From the NCBI RefSeq assembly GCF_001194135.2, contig NC_068987.1, positions 81,221,635 through 81,285,634 on the forward strand: 64,000 bases of DNA. Direction: 5' to 3'. Origin of the DNA: Octopus bimaculoides. Its lineage: Eukaryota. Shown here piece after piece: positions 12,609-26,240 of the stretch; positions within the stretch are counted from its first letter, which is position 1; every line of letters starts with the position of its first letter. Both the position numbers and the translations under genes were made by a program. A model generated the notes under the pieces. It saw only the letters and a program-made list of their open reading frames with translations, searched no databases and had not been told where the DNA came from.

Positions 12609-13629
12609 ATTGAGATCTGGGGACACTGGAGGCCAGATAAGATGTTCAACTTCACTAGAATGTTTCTCGTGCCATTCAGTAACAACTTTAGTTGTGTGAA
12701 TTGGTGTATTATCATCCTGAAAGATTGTGTTTCCCTCTGGAAACAGTTCCGCAACCATAGGATGAATTTGATCAAATAAAATGCTTAAATAGTCTTGACT
12801 ATTAATTCTGCCATAAAGGGAAACCATTGAGCCGGCGGATTTCCAAGGTATAGCCCGCCAGATCATCACAGATCCTCCTCCATGTTTAACAGTTGGAAGA
12901 ATGCAGTCTGGGTCAAATGCTTCTTTTGGCTGTCTTCACACGTATACTTGGCCAGTGGTCAGAAATAAGATAAAGGATGACTCATCCAAGAAAATAACAT
13001 TTTCCCACTGCTCTAGGGACTAGTTCTGTAGGTTTTTACTCCACTCTAAATGCTTTGCAATGTTTGTTTTTGAAAGTAGTGGTTTCTTGATTGCAGCCCT
13101 CCCGTGAAGTCCGGCCTTGTGCAGCTCCTATTGAACAGTTTTTGTGGGAACTGGGTTCTTGAGGTGATCATTAAGCTCTGCAATAATTTTGGGAGCTGTA
13201 CTTTTGTGATCCTTTCTAACAATTCATGTAAGAGTCTGACAGTCTCTATCTGAAAGTTTTGGTTTTCTTCTGGATTGTTGTTTCAACAAGGAGGTTTTTC
13301 TCTCTTTCTCAAAGGTTGTCATTACTTTCAAGACAGTACTTCTTGATACACCAAGCATTTCGGTTGTTTTCATTATGCTAGCACCTGCTATACAAGCACC
13401 AACAATTTGACCTCTTTGAAAGTCTGATAGATCTATCATTTTAATGAATTTTAATTACCTTTTCCTGATGATATCTGAAAAGAAACAGGCAATTTTAGCA
13501 AAACATATTAAGCAACACTAATAATAAATCAAAAAACATGAAAATAAACAAGCTTTTGATAGTTTTATAGATATTTCAAAATTATGATACTATGATGCTA
13601 GGTGTTTCCATTATTTTGCCCAACCCCTG
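12609..13629 (-). mobile_element. Tc1-family DNA transposon (3' end lost in the gap), decayed transposase
   Basis: TIR caggggttgggcaaaataatggaaacacc (13629-13601). N-terminus MIDLSDFQRGQIVGA...LGVSRSTVLKVM (13224..13439). Catalytic region MMIWRAI...FQDDNTPIHT...WPPVSPDLN ending at the gap. Confidence 0.92.
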
Positions 13630-16600
13630 AATATAATAAAGTTACTTTTTTATGTCATGTTGTGCATGGAAATAATCTAACATTAGGCTAAAGGATTACT
13701 CAATACTTTTTAGTACAGAATTATTTATTAACTTTTACAAGGAAAATGTTAACAGTAACTTTAAAGTTTTGACTTGCTTGCCTTCATCATAATATATGTA
13801 TCGTCATGAACTCTGTGATAGCCTGCCATCCTTTTCAGAGATGAGTTTCAACATCCTGGAGACCAAAAGAAGGTTTGACCTTATGAGCTCTTCGACTCAA
13901 GACAGATTTTAATTGCTTACATGTAAATTATCTTTGCCATTAGACTGTAGCTTTTCACTATAAATAACTGCTGTTTCTCAAAAGTCATATTATAATTGCT
14001 TAGTACCCTGGCATAAGTAGTCAGATTCTCAGATGTTAGTAGGTATTTGGAATGCTGCCATAAAATAAGTTAGTAATTTGGTGTACTCTGAGGATAGTTG
14101 AGTTTTGATACTCTAGGCAAGGGTTTTTTGGGGAAAATATTGGCTCTATCCTAGGCATCAGAAATGATCAATTATGGAACACACACTTATTTTATTAACT
14201 GTGTATTGTTTTGCTGAAAAACTGCTATTATTTGTTGGATTTTATTTGTGCTCAAAGATGTGAAAGACAACTATAATTTTAACAAAATGCACCTTCATTT
14301 GATAATTGTCTCCTAATTAGCATGAATGTAAAACAAGAAAAACAAGAGGTATCATTTCTAATCTATAAATACTTCTTGAAAAGCATAAATTTTTACTGGC
14401 TGTTCAAGAGAAATGACACGATATTAAACATTATAAGAACTATTTTGAGTCAGAAAAGAACCAGAGTCCTACTGATTACATGATTCTTCCTCAAACTGGT
14501 ATGTATAAATTTTTATGTTATTTTAAGTTGAATAGTTTAGTAACAATTTATTTCTAATATGATTAATAGACCTCTTTCTCTTTGCAAAAAATCATATAGC
14601 TTGGTATACTTGACATTGGTGTGTGTGTAAGTGTGTGTGGGTAGATACATGTCATATATAACTTAACCCACTAATGCTAAGTGACTGACCAATTATCTTG
14701 GGGAGATAAAAATGACAGTTAAAGAAGCAGAAGAAATAGATTAATAATGCTTTGTTTGAGAAAGAATGTCAGTTTCTCAGTAGTATAATCAATAACAGGG
14801 TCATTCTGCAAGTGATGGATACAAGATTTGAGTCTTATCAGTGAGTCTGTTGCCTTTTCGTGTCTCAAGTAGCTGCTTAAAGTTTGCATATGTATGTATG
14901 TATGTTTGTATGTGTGCACATGTGCGTGCACACACACACACGCACACATGCACACACTCATACTGTATTGCTATTTCTCTTTTAATTCACTACCTTTACC
15001 ATTTTATTTCTCCCTCTTTCTCTCCATTTCTCAGCATCATTACTTTTTACCTCTCTTTTCTTGCTCATCTCTCCCTACAAAGTTCTTACACTTTGTCATC
15101 ACATTTGTAATTCTTTTACCAGCAAAGCATCTTGCTCAAAACTGAAAAATCTGCTTCTTCTCATTTATAATTATATTCCTTTCAATTGTTTTAACCCATC
15201 CTTTTTTTTCACTTTTCTTCCTTCTATCCCTTCCCTTTATTGGTCCAGCTTACTTCATTTTGTGATCTTTATAAAACTGATTTTTGCAAATTGAGATCAG
15301 CACTAGCTACCTTCAAATATCTGGATTTTAATTTTTGAATGAAATTGGTAGTTATGTTAGGAATTACATGTAGAGGGTAGAAAAATGCACAATTTTGATT
15401 TATGAAACTATGAGAGGCTAAGAGTCTTGAAAGATGGCTAATAATTGATACCACGAGAATGAAAGGAGTGAAATGGTTATAACTCTGAAATAGTACCAGG
15501 ATGTACTAAGGAGTCACAAAGGAAGAAAATCATTGAAATAACAGTGGGCCTACTGTTATTCGCAAAAGCTGTGTGATACAGTTACTATATGAGGGTGGTG
15601 CAAAAATGATGTATGCTTAAGGTTAAAATGTCCTGAAAATTGATGCAGATTAATGTAATAAGGTGTTGACTGTGTGTTAATAATCAACATAATTTTTTTT
15701 GTTCCTTTATGTTCTTAAATCAATGTGAATAGAGAATATGCACAGGAAACTTCTGTTTAAATGACTATTAACAAACTTAGTGTTTGTGTGAAAATGTTTT
15801 ATAATAGGTCATTATATTTATTTTTAGTTCAGAGAGAGAGGGGTGGGTGGGTGGAGAATTATATGTCTTTGTGAAATATGTTGACTATGTGAGAGAGATA
15901 AAAGGAGTGAGTGTGTAAGTGTACTCAACTTTTTTTTACCAGACCCCTCTGTAAGAATTTTGTTAGAACTGTGACAAAACTCTCATGAAAGTGAGAAATT
16001 CATTCTGTTTATCAAGTTTGAAAGAGTGGAAAAAACTGCACAGATATGCAACAGGCAGCCATTCTATTGAATGAAAAATAGCAATCTCGACTATATACAC
16101 ATATGACCAAATAGAGTTCTTTGAGTGATGGAAAAAGTCAATTGCTGCTATTGTAAAAGTAAACTGGTGTTGAATGTGCCAAATTTTCAAGATTTTCCTT
16201 TGATCTTTTTTCTATAACAGCATGACAGATACAAATTGGTTACAGTTGTTGTCAAAACTTATCAACATTGTAAGTGATCAGAAATATGAGTGGTGAGTTG
16301 TCCACTATATATATATATATATATGACTGATAACATTATCTCCATCTGATCTAGATTAGAATTGTTTAGATTAGTAAATAGGGAGTAAATTTTTTGTGAA
16401 GAGAAATAGAAAAAGCTGTACAGTTTTCAAGGGTTGTTTCCGGTTTGTATCCTTCCCAACAGTTGAGGTAGCTACAAATATAAAACAGATATTCTCTAGA
16501 TAAGGGAAATTTCGGAGCTCGCATGCTTATGGAGTGAATAATGTAAGTTAAGAATCAATCATATGGGGAAGCTAGTACAGAAGTACAGAAAAGAGTAAGT

Positions 16601-19600
16601 GGAATGCAAGTTAGGCTATTGTATTCAAGGCTCTATTATAAACCTTCTACTATCTACCTCTACAATTTTGAGCCATTCACTTACAAATAAAAACAGGATA
16701 TTGATAGAAGCTTTTATATGCCAACTATTTAATTCCTATTGCAGAATCTATAAAAAAAATATGGAATAATTGTTTATTTTGAGGTTCACTTTTCATTGCT
16801 TGGAGAATTTAATCAGTATTCAAATATATTCAGCAATTAAAAACACAAGTGAGATTTTCCACACGTTTCTTCTTGATCGGAAAAGAATATAACATTTGTG
16901 AAGAGATTTTGTTTTTCTCTTCACAACCATAATTGAAATGTATTTCAATAATGGAAATTTATAGAAATTTTTGTTATGTATATTCTTTAAATTTTACAAG
17001 ATGCAAAGTTCAAATGGAGAAATATTCTTGTAGTTTTGAAATTTCTGAACTCCATCTTTTGAGGAAAAATGATATTGTGAAACTGAGACAGTAATACAAA
17101 TGTTTTTGATAACATTTTTGTGTATAATTTTTAATATATAATTTTTCATTTGATTTTCTATTTCATGTCCTAGAAACAATATTGATAAGATATAAATTTT
17201 TAAAAAATGATTCATGAGGACATTGAAATTTATATCTCATTCATTCTTCATTTCATATACAATTTTTTATATATCTAGAAATTTCAGTAATTCCTAAATT
17301 TTATAAGGAATTTAAACCTTGAAAAAGTTGGTGTAAGGCAAAGATCTTGACTTTTGAAGTCCTCTGGTGCATTCTCCATATAGATCTCTTAATCCTGTTT
17401 GAAAGTGCAGTGATAAAACAAATTATGAAATATATCCATTGCATGAATTTTGAGGAAATTTGCTGATATCATATAATCATTATTAGTGTACACTGTCAAT
17501 GTTGCTTTTGCTTGTTGTTGATTTTTTTCTGGTTGTCATATATTTTCACCTACCAAGGTAAGTTGAATACAGTGAAGTTAATTACATATAAGTGTTTTTA
17601 CATATATTTACAAACTATTAGTTCCTGAGCATTGATTTCCTAATTAAATCAATAATAAATAAATCATTAAATAATGTCACCAAATTCTAACTCACTGCAA
17701 CCATTAAACTCTAAAACTGAAAGAAGAAAATATCCTGGGAAATTTACTTGATCTTGATAAATGCTCACAATAAATACACATAGTGCAAGCAGTAAGTCTT
17801 TTGATATGAAATTCTTTCTAAAATAAGACTAAACTTTATTTCTCAAACAATGGAATATTTAGTATTAATTTTTTGCCACTCTCCCTAAAAGCAATATTAT
17901 TTGAACTGCAATTTCATGCTGTTCAGGATCTGGTGACAGGTGGGGATATATGAAACATAGGACTTTAAAAGTTTAAAGAGACCATAGCAAAAACGTTAAT
18001 GTATGAATACTAATATAAGTTACAAAGGCCAAATGAAAACAAGAAAATGGTATGTTGTATTTGTGAGAAGACGGTAGGTAGTAACTGAATACTCTTTAGC
18101 CAGTTTTAATCATTGAGTGCACCAGAGATAAAATAAAATTAATGTAGTCTGGTTGGAAACCATTGAAATGGCTTCACGAAATGCACTAGAGTAACTTATA
18201 GCACAAGTATTCTTGAAATAAATGTTAGTTATGTACTGATCATATAGCTTACTTAAAATAGCAGGTAAGTGCTTCTCTGTAGGTGACTTCCTTAAGCTCT
18301 TCTTGAGTGAATATTGATATCTTAGTTGTTGGTTGTTAGAGATCAAGAAGTATTGAAAACTTGCTACATTTTGAGAACACAGTTTCTCTTTTAATATAGT
18401 CAAAGGGCAAATTATATAAGACTTACTGTGTTGTATGGGTAGTATAGGTTGAGGATATGTTTGTGTGCAGGCATGTGCATACAAGTCGGAGCTGAGGGAT
18501 GACTGGTGGGACAACTGGACTACAGTGACAGCATATGTGGGCTACCCACTAGTGTAACTAATATGCCGCTTGCATGACTGGACTGGGCAACAACAAGTGG
18601 TATAATTGTTGTTGTTGTTTAATCCCAGTTCAGAGCTGTTTGAGCAAACTTTTGATAAAAGACATTCCAGCTATTTTAATTTTTTTTTTCTTTCAAGTCA
18701 ATGTACACTTTGAGAAAGTGTACATTATATCAAGGATTTTCTCAATCAAGGCTGACCTGGAGCTAAACTAAGTATGATCAAGAAAGAACACTTTCACCAC
18801 GAAAGTTCAATATACTGTGCAATTATTCCATTTGACATTCAAATTATCTCTCTTGGTTAAGTTTTTAAGCTATTGATTATAAAATCCCTTCATCAAGAAT
18901 TGTTGGGTCAAAGAAAACACTTTCATAACTTTATGCTGTTATTAAAAGCAGAATAACTTTTTAATGGTATTTTTCTATTAATTTAAAAGGCATCACTTGG
19001 GATGTTCAGTTGAACATGGGTCAGAATCATTTCTTGTCACTTTTCACATTTATAAGTGATAACAGAATTTAAATTTAAAGGTTTTCAGTTTAATTTTTCT
19101 TTTCTATATACTTATATTAATGGAACTTTAATGCAATTCTCTCTCCTGTAATTTACTCTTTAGCAATAAAATTGATTTTATTCAAGAATGTGTTAATTGT
19201 CTAGAGTTAACACATTCAATATATAACTTTAAAAAAATGCATCTATTGTACTTGCATCAGTTCAAAATTCAATCCAAGAGGTATTGTAATTTATCTTTGC
19301 TTGGAATTCTTCTATTTTTATAACAAGTATAATTTCAATAACATACTGTATTGACAGTTAAAGAAATAAACTATTTTCTATGATACATGAAAAATAAATT
19401 TTAAAAAAAATGAAAATTATATTTGCATAATCATTTAGTTATTTGTTTTACTCTTCTGACATTACTATAAATAAATTTCCTTATTTTGCTTGCATGGTTC
19501 TTTAATTGCCTTGATTCTTTTATCATAGTATGACTTCTTCATTTCTTATTCATGTGTCTGATCATTACATATGCATTAAAGTAAGAAATATTTCCCACTG

Positions 19601-20339
19601 AAGGTGTCAAATGTATTAGCCATTTTGGAAATTGGAAGAAGTCTTTATAAGGTTAGTTTTTGTATCAGTAAATAACGTTACTGAATTTATCTAAGAATTA
19701 GAAATTCAGCTGTTGTAAAGAATGCCAAGCTAGAATTAGATCTTGAATTCAACGGTCATGATATATTTTTTTCTTACCTTTTTTCTTTCTTTTTTTTTTT
19801 TTTTGGCAGAATCTCAGGTATTAGGCTACTACTCCTCTTACTAAGCTGGCAAGTAATCCGATAATGTTTGCCAACAGTATTTTTAAATCACTTGTTAATG
19901 ACTAATTAGATGTTGATAAATTTCTACACTAGGAGATTGATTAAAAGTGTGCACCACCTTATACTTTAAGTTTCTTTCTTACTTGTGAATTGTTTAGTGA
20001 ATTTATCATATTATTTTCAAATGCTTAAATTATAATCATTATTTTAATGATATAGTTAAATGGAAAAATTATTCATTTTATCTTGGTTTCATATTAGAGA
20101 TTCTTTTTTACATAACTACAAAGTAAAAATATACAAAATATAAATAATATATTGTAGCAAGTTATTTGCTCAGGAAGATGGATCATATTTCTAGGCAAGT
20201 GAACAAAACTTTGAGCTCTGTTTTTATATCTTAATAAATATTTTTTTCTTAAACTTATAGTTAGAAATGATATACAGAAGGTAAATATATAGCTACTGCT
20301 AGCACAGTATCTTAAAAAAGTATAGAATTTTATATTTAG

Positions 20340-21336
20340 AGATTATTTAGTGTAGGGGAGTAAATTGTAAAATTGTAGAATATAGAAGCTATACTCCATG
20401 GTAGTGAGATATGGGCTCTGAATGCAGAAGGAATGCATAGACTGGAGAGAAATGAAGGTAGTATGCTCTGTTGAATGTGCAACCTCAGCATGCATGTATG
20501 ACAAAATGCAAATGTATTGAGAGAAAAGTTGGGCGTAAGAAGAATCAAATGTAGCATGCAAGAGAAGACTACGTTGGTTTGGACATGTAATGTGTATGAA
20601 TGAGGACAGCTGCATAAAGAAGTGCTAAACACTGAAAGTGGATGGTACCTGTGGAAGAGGGAGACGCAGGAAGACATGGGATGAAGTGGTAAGGACCGAT
20701 CTCAAGATGTTGGGCCACACGCAGGAAATGACAATGGACTGAGATGTCTGGCAATATGAGGTTCTTGAGAAGACCCACCCACGTCAACGAAACTGAGTTC
20801 TAGAAGCACTGTGTGTCCCACCCACACTTAATAAGAAAACTTCTCACACACCCTACCCCAACAAACCAATCTACACCTCTACACCTCTTCTCATCCTCAC
20901 ATTTCCTCCTTCATACACAATGCCTAACTTTCACTCCCCAATCCTGTCCTCATGGCCCTTTTCTCTGTATCATTGTACTCCAGTAATCCTCCCACTACTC
21001 CGTATAAACCAAGGTTTTTGCCACTCACTTCCCCACCTCCACACTCTCTAATCAAGTTTCTTTAGCAATATCCTGCCACCTATATTATGACGTTTGAACC
21101 TCAAGAGTATGCCCTGGCACTTGGCACCATCTATATTTCTCTCTTCCTTTACTCAACCATCCCATTTATATTCTGATCTCTTGTCCCTTGTGAATATGCC
21201 TGCACTTTTCCACCATCTCAGTCCTGCTGTGTCCCACTCTCTCTCTCTCCTTCTTCTGCACTTGCTTCAGATTGGGTAACCATGTATCTCCTTTGCGGCA
21301 GCACACCTGTTTCTGTTTTCATTCTTGATATCCCCC

Positions 21337-21371
<35 letters not shown>

Positions 21372-21835
21372 ATTCTGGCTGGGTGATCTTGTACCTCCTC
21401 TACAGCAAGGCACCTGTTTCTGCCTTTTTGTCTCACTATAACCTTTCATCACCCAACAAAAAATCACCTCCTCCAATGCCCCCTCCCCTCTTGAAAGTTT
21501 TTTTTTGTCTTGCAAATACTTGGTGACCCTGTTGTCAGTGCAGGTGCCACTTAAAAAGCATCCAATCTACACTGTAAAGTGATTGGTGTTAGTAAGGGCA
21601 TCCAGCTATAAAAACCTTGCCAAAACTGACCTCACCTGTACTTGTGCCACGTAAAAAGCTTTAAGTCCACTCTGCTGAGTGGTTGGTGTTAGGAAGAGCA
21701 TCCAGCTGTAAACATCCTGCCAAAACAGTCGCAGAAGTCTGGTGCAGGCTTCTACCTGGTCAGCTCCTGTTAAACTGTCCCACCCATGCCAGCATGGAAT
21801 GTGGACATTAAACGATGATGATGATGATGATGACA
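20340..21835 (+). mobile_element. RTE-clade LINE 3' end: RT C-terminus, long CT-rich 3' region and (GAT)n tail
   Basis: About 20565-20710 reads RLRWFGHVMCMNEDSCIKKC*TLKVDGTCGRGRRRKTWDEVVRTDL, typical of the RTE C-terminus. Ends catggaatgtggacattaaacgatgatgatg. Confidence 0.75.
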
Positions 21836-22048
21836 TAGAAAATTCAAATAAAGGAACTTAACAATAACAATAACAAACAAGAGGATGTGCACAAAGAATG
21901 TATTAGTTTGGTGTCCAGTAAAAGAGAGAGTTTTTTGATGTTTTGAACATAACTCTTCATCAGAAAGGAGAAAGGGAAACGTTCAAAGAAGGAAAAGAAA
22001 TTGCCAACAGCATATGTGTAATTACATTGTGGAAGTAGCCGGAGGTAT

Positions 22049-22096
<48 letters not shown>

Positions 22097-23899
22097 AACA
22101 GAAAATAAGTTGGAAATGCGTGTGGCATCTTTAAAAAGATGTATTTAAATTTACCTTAGCGGTTTTACAATTTCATGATTTTAAAAGTGGTGTGTGATGG
22201 AGTTATCTAGAGCTATACCATATCTATTTTGCCTTTTTGACTGAAATTTGAAAATTTACATCTTATGCAGAAAGAGTATGGATCAAATTGCTTTCAATCA
22301 AGGTACTGTTTCATACCTTCAATCAAGGTACTGTTTTGTGAAGCTGGTCACGAGATCAAGGGATCATGTGACTGTATCAATGATAGTTATGTCAATAGTT
22401 AAGGCTTTTCTCATGACATTATGGATGATAATTCCACAAAAAGTCAAGACTGTATTAATCCAGTGAATGTATCTTGTGATAATTATGAACATCAGATTGT
22501 CAGAATAGCTAAAAATAAAGAAATAGTCCACTTGCTTGTGTGAGTTACAGTAAGTTGTGTATGAAATTGTCTATGTGTTTGTATATGAAAATGTAAACTA
22601 CAGTAGTATAATGCCAGTGCAATATGTAGATGTTGCTTATTCAAGTATGATTTATATCTTTTAATAAAAATATTTTCTCTGTTTGTCCATATTTGGGATT
22701 TGGTTTTGTCAGAACAGAAGTAAAACTGGAAGACTAAGCAATTTTGGTGGGTTGTTCAATTCTTATAAGTCCAAGTGTTCACTTAGTGGAATCTGCCTGG
22801 TATTAGGATATCACATTTCTTTCCTATGAATAATCAATCAACTTCACCATGTAAAATAAATATATCATGACCCCAATAATCATCAATTGTTCACGCATAC
22901 ACACACACTCGTGTGTGTGTGTGTGTGTGTGTGTATACAATACTTATGTAAAATATCATTCTTATGAATAATATAAATAATATAACTGTTGTATCTCTAA
23001 TAGATTATGTCTTAAATTGTGTTCCATAGTTTAGAGTTTGGCACATAAGGTAGGTTAGAAGGTACTATTGTGTTAATATACATACATACTTACACACATA
23101 CATGATATATATGTGCATATGGTAACATCTGCTGTCTTTTATTATACCATAATATCTCATGTAAATACTTTTCTTAAATTTATTTTACCTATCGTTATTG
23201 GTCTTAAACTGATTTGATATTCTTCCTTCAAGAAGCAATTATAAACCATCTGCTGCAAAGCATTTAGACTATTTCTTAACCAATTTCAGTTCAAAACACT
23301 TTTAGTGAATGCTTTCCAAGATTTTAAATTTAAAATCAAATGCAGAGCAATTGTAAACCTTGCATTAAATGTAAAACAAGACTGTTTCTAGACCAGTTAC
23401 AGTTCAAAGCAGTTATTTTAAATGCTTGCCATAGTTTAAAATCTAACATAAAATGTAGACCAATTATACAGCACGAATTTGACAGTCACATAAACTGATA
23501 CATTTCTTATGTGCATTTCTTATTGTTGACTTAAGAAAAGGATAAGTCATCAAATAAAATATAATATTAAAAAAAAAACTATAAAATAAACTTCAAATAT
23601 TTCAGAAAATTCCCCTTTCAGCATTTTCAGTCCTGGTTTCTGCTATTTTAACTGTTCAGTGTGTTTGTTGATGTCTGAAGAATGAGCTTGGCAACACATA
23701 GCTTTTATTCCTATATTGACCTTAATCTGAGTTTGAATGTCATAACCAATGTTATATAAATAGAAGAGAATATTTAATTATATAAAACAGTTTTAACAAA
23801 ATGCAAAGTTGAAATTTATCACCATTACCATGACCACCAGCACCAGCACTTGCCTTGACCTTCTACTCCACCTCATTATCATCATCCTTTTTTTAATAT

Positions 23900-24240
23900 C
23901 TGTTTTTACATGCTAGCAATGATTGAATAGGTTTGCAATATGGCTGATCAATATTCTTCTTGATCCTGTATTACTTCTCAGTAGAGCTGAACATTCTCAG
24001 ATCAGACATTGCCATTTTATTCTGTTTTCCTCAGTCATTTTCTGCTGCATTTACCTTCCATTGTTTTCACATAGCATTTTTTCACCCAACAAATTCTTTT
24101 CTCAATATATGTCTGCATCAGTACAACTAGCTTTCTCAACTTCTTGCATTTAGCCATCACATGAAAGTAACACTCCACATTCAATGGGTCATAATCAAAT
24201 AATTTCTCTGACCTTCATAGACTTGAATTCAGTATTATGT
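23900..24240 (-). mobile_element. Degenerate RTE-like LINE fragment
   Basis: Reverse complement resembles 20440-20760 (gagaaaagaatttgttggg..., gaaggtaaatgcagcagaaaatgactgaggaaaac). Confidence 0.4.
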
Positions 24241-25229
24241 ATATCATGCTATATCACACATTTCATACTGTATACTCTCTGCAGAGTAAGAGAGAGAGAG
24301 AGAGAGAGATTTGTTTTGTTGCAAAAAAAAGCATCTCTTCCCAAAATATATATGTATCCATTATTTCTTGTGAGCTGACACTATCTCATAGTGGTACACC
24401 CAAGCCATTCTTTTCACTTTCACTGCTAGCCGATGTCATTTCTTGTGGAATTTAAAATAATTCTTGTCACTCATTTTTCTGTCACATAATATTAGTACCA
24501 TTTCTATTCTGTGTCTTGCACATGACATGAGACTGGTTATCACTTAAGAATATTCAGATCATCCTTTCTATATTATATTACTCCCTGGTTTCTCTTATAG
24601 TAACTGGAAGCCAACTTGATGAATTAAATAAAGCCTGTAAAATAACGGTTGAAGCAGTTCATGTCAGACATCACTTTTGCCATGCACAACAGCAACAAAA
24701 CATATGGTAGTTTGGTTAACAGAGTTGCAGTTGTCAGGAAGTTTGGTGATTAACACCTTATGACTGGCAAGAGTTGTGGTTGTGAGAAGAGAGAGGGCAA
24801 GTAATAAAAAAGTGATATCTCTATTCGTTTTGAGATAGGCTAAGAAAAAAGTAACAGAGGTCAAAGGGAGGAGATTGATGTAAAAGGGAGAAAAGTAGTG
24901 TAAGAGGAAAAAAATAGCTACAAAATAGAAAAGAAAACTAGGAAGGATGAGATAGCAAAGTGAAAGTAATAGTGGGTAGCATGGAAGAAAGTGAGAAAGC
25001 CACAGATAGGGAATGATGTAGGATGGGGAAAGAAGAATAGAATGGAATAAAATACAGCAAAACAATTAATTACTTATGGATTAAGTGCTCTTACTTTGAA
25101 GTCTGAGATCAATTATTATTTTGAAATTTTCAGAAAGACTGTTATTACAGAAGTCTGTCTGATGTATCCAACAACAAAAAATGATTTATAGAGATGTGTA
25201 CTCAATATATTTACAAATAAGCATCTATG

Positions 25230-26240
25230 GCCAAGCAGTTCCCTCCTCCATGGATTGGTCAGGTTGATGTTTAGTTTAAATGTTTGTTGCTTGATAATTG
25301 TTGGAAAATCACAAGCAGGAATGGAATTCCAGATGGATGAAGCTTAGAGGGATAGTTTTAATAAGAGTGATGGATTTGATTTATGTTCTATAAAATCTGA
25401 GAATTGGGAAGTTATAGGCATGATGGTTAAGAAGAGAAACAGATAAGTGAGTCTAAATGGAACAGGTTTTCAGATAAGAAGTTCAGAGGAGCAGAGGCTG
25501 GTGTAGATATGTGTGCATGTGTGTGTGTGAGTGTGTGAGTGAGTGAGAGAGAGAGAGAGTGTGTGTGTGTATGTGAGAAATAGAGAGAAACATGTGTGAG
25601 GGTTGGGTTTAGTTATTTGAGCATGTTGGTGAATGATCCTTTACCAGTCAGCTGAATAGCCTTTTCAAAAGTGACAGATGTGTTGTCTGGCATATTTGTG
25701 TTTATGTGTGTATTTCAGTGGGACATTTCAACATATCTGAATAATACTGTAATATGAGTTACAGCTGAAATTTATTAGGGGCTCAGCAAGTGATTAGTTT
25801 TGAAGTATTTTCTGGATCTGAATATGGAAATTAGTCTTTCGGACACAGTCTTTGCAATGTTTTATATTTGAAATCTCCATGAGATAATGTAAGACTGCAA
25901 AACCCACCACTCATAGTAACTTTGTTTTAGCTATGTGTTCAAGAACTGACAACTTGATGTAACTACACATATCTATGACTACTTCTTTGATATATGTAGT
26001 CATCATGTCTTAGTTCTATTGAAAGAGCGTATCTTGAGTGTGGAGAATCTGTGGAGAGAAATAATCCCAAAAAGAGTGGTGAACATATGGATAGACTAGC
26101 ATAAAAGACAATCAAACCTTGACAGACATCAGAGGCAGTTCTGTTGAAGCTAAGGTAAAGTATGTGGTGAGTAAAAAGTATAATTAGAGAATATTAATAA
26201 TTCTTCAGCAAGTATGGAGAGCCAACTTCAAGTGTGCATC
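25230..26240 (-). mobile_element. CR1/L2-type LINE RT 3' remnant, interrupted by a (TG/GA) microsatellite
   Basis: Minus-strand peptides IAKTVSERLISIFRSRKYF (cf. AKSASKKLGFLFRARKYF) and CSSELL...SSIWNSIPACDFP...FKLNIN (cf. CSSEL...LWNSLP...FK); many stops. Confidence 0.55.

Noticed and set aside
14420-14505. Strong donor CTG|GTATGT with upstream peptide HYKNYFESEKNQSPTDYMILPQT
   Set aside because: An in-frame stop precedes it with no AG acceptor in between; no open exon can be built.
22150-22620. Possible DNA-transposon fragment with a 26-bp internal duplication
   Set aside because: No TIR, TSD or transposase motif could be identified.
24601-24710. Possible + exon TGSQLDELNKACKITVEAVH after a good acceptor
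   Set aside because: Sits between degenerate LINE-derived and purine-rich repeat sequence and has only a weak donor (GTCAGA).
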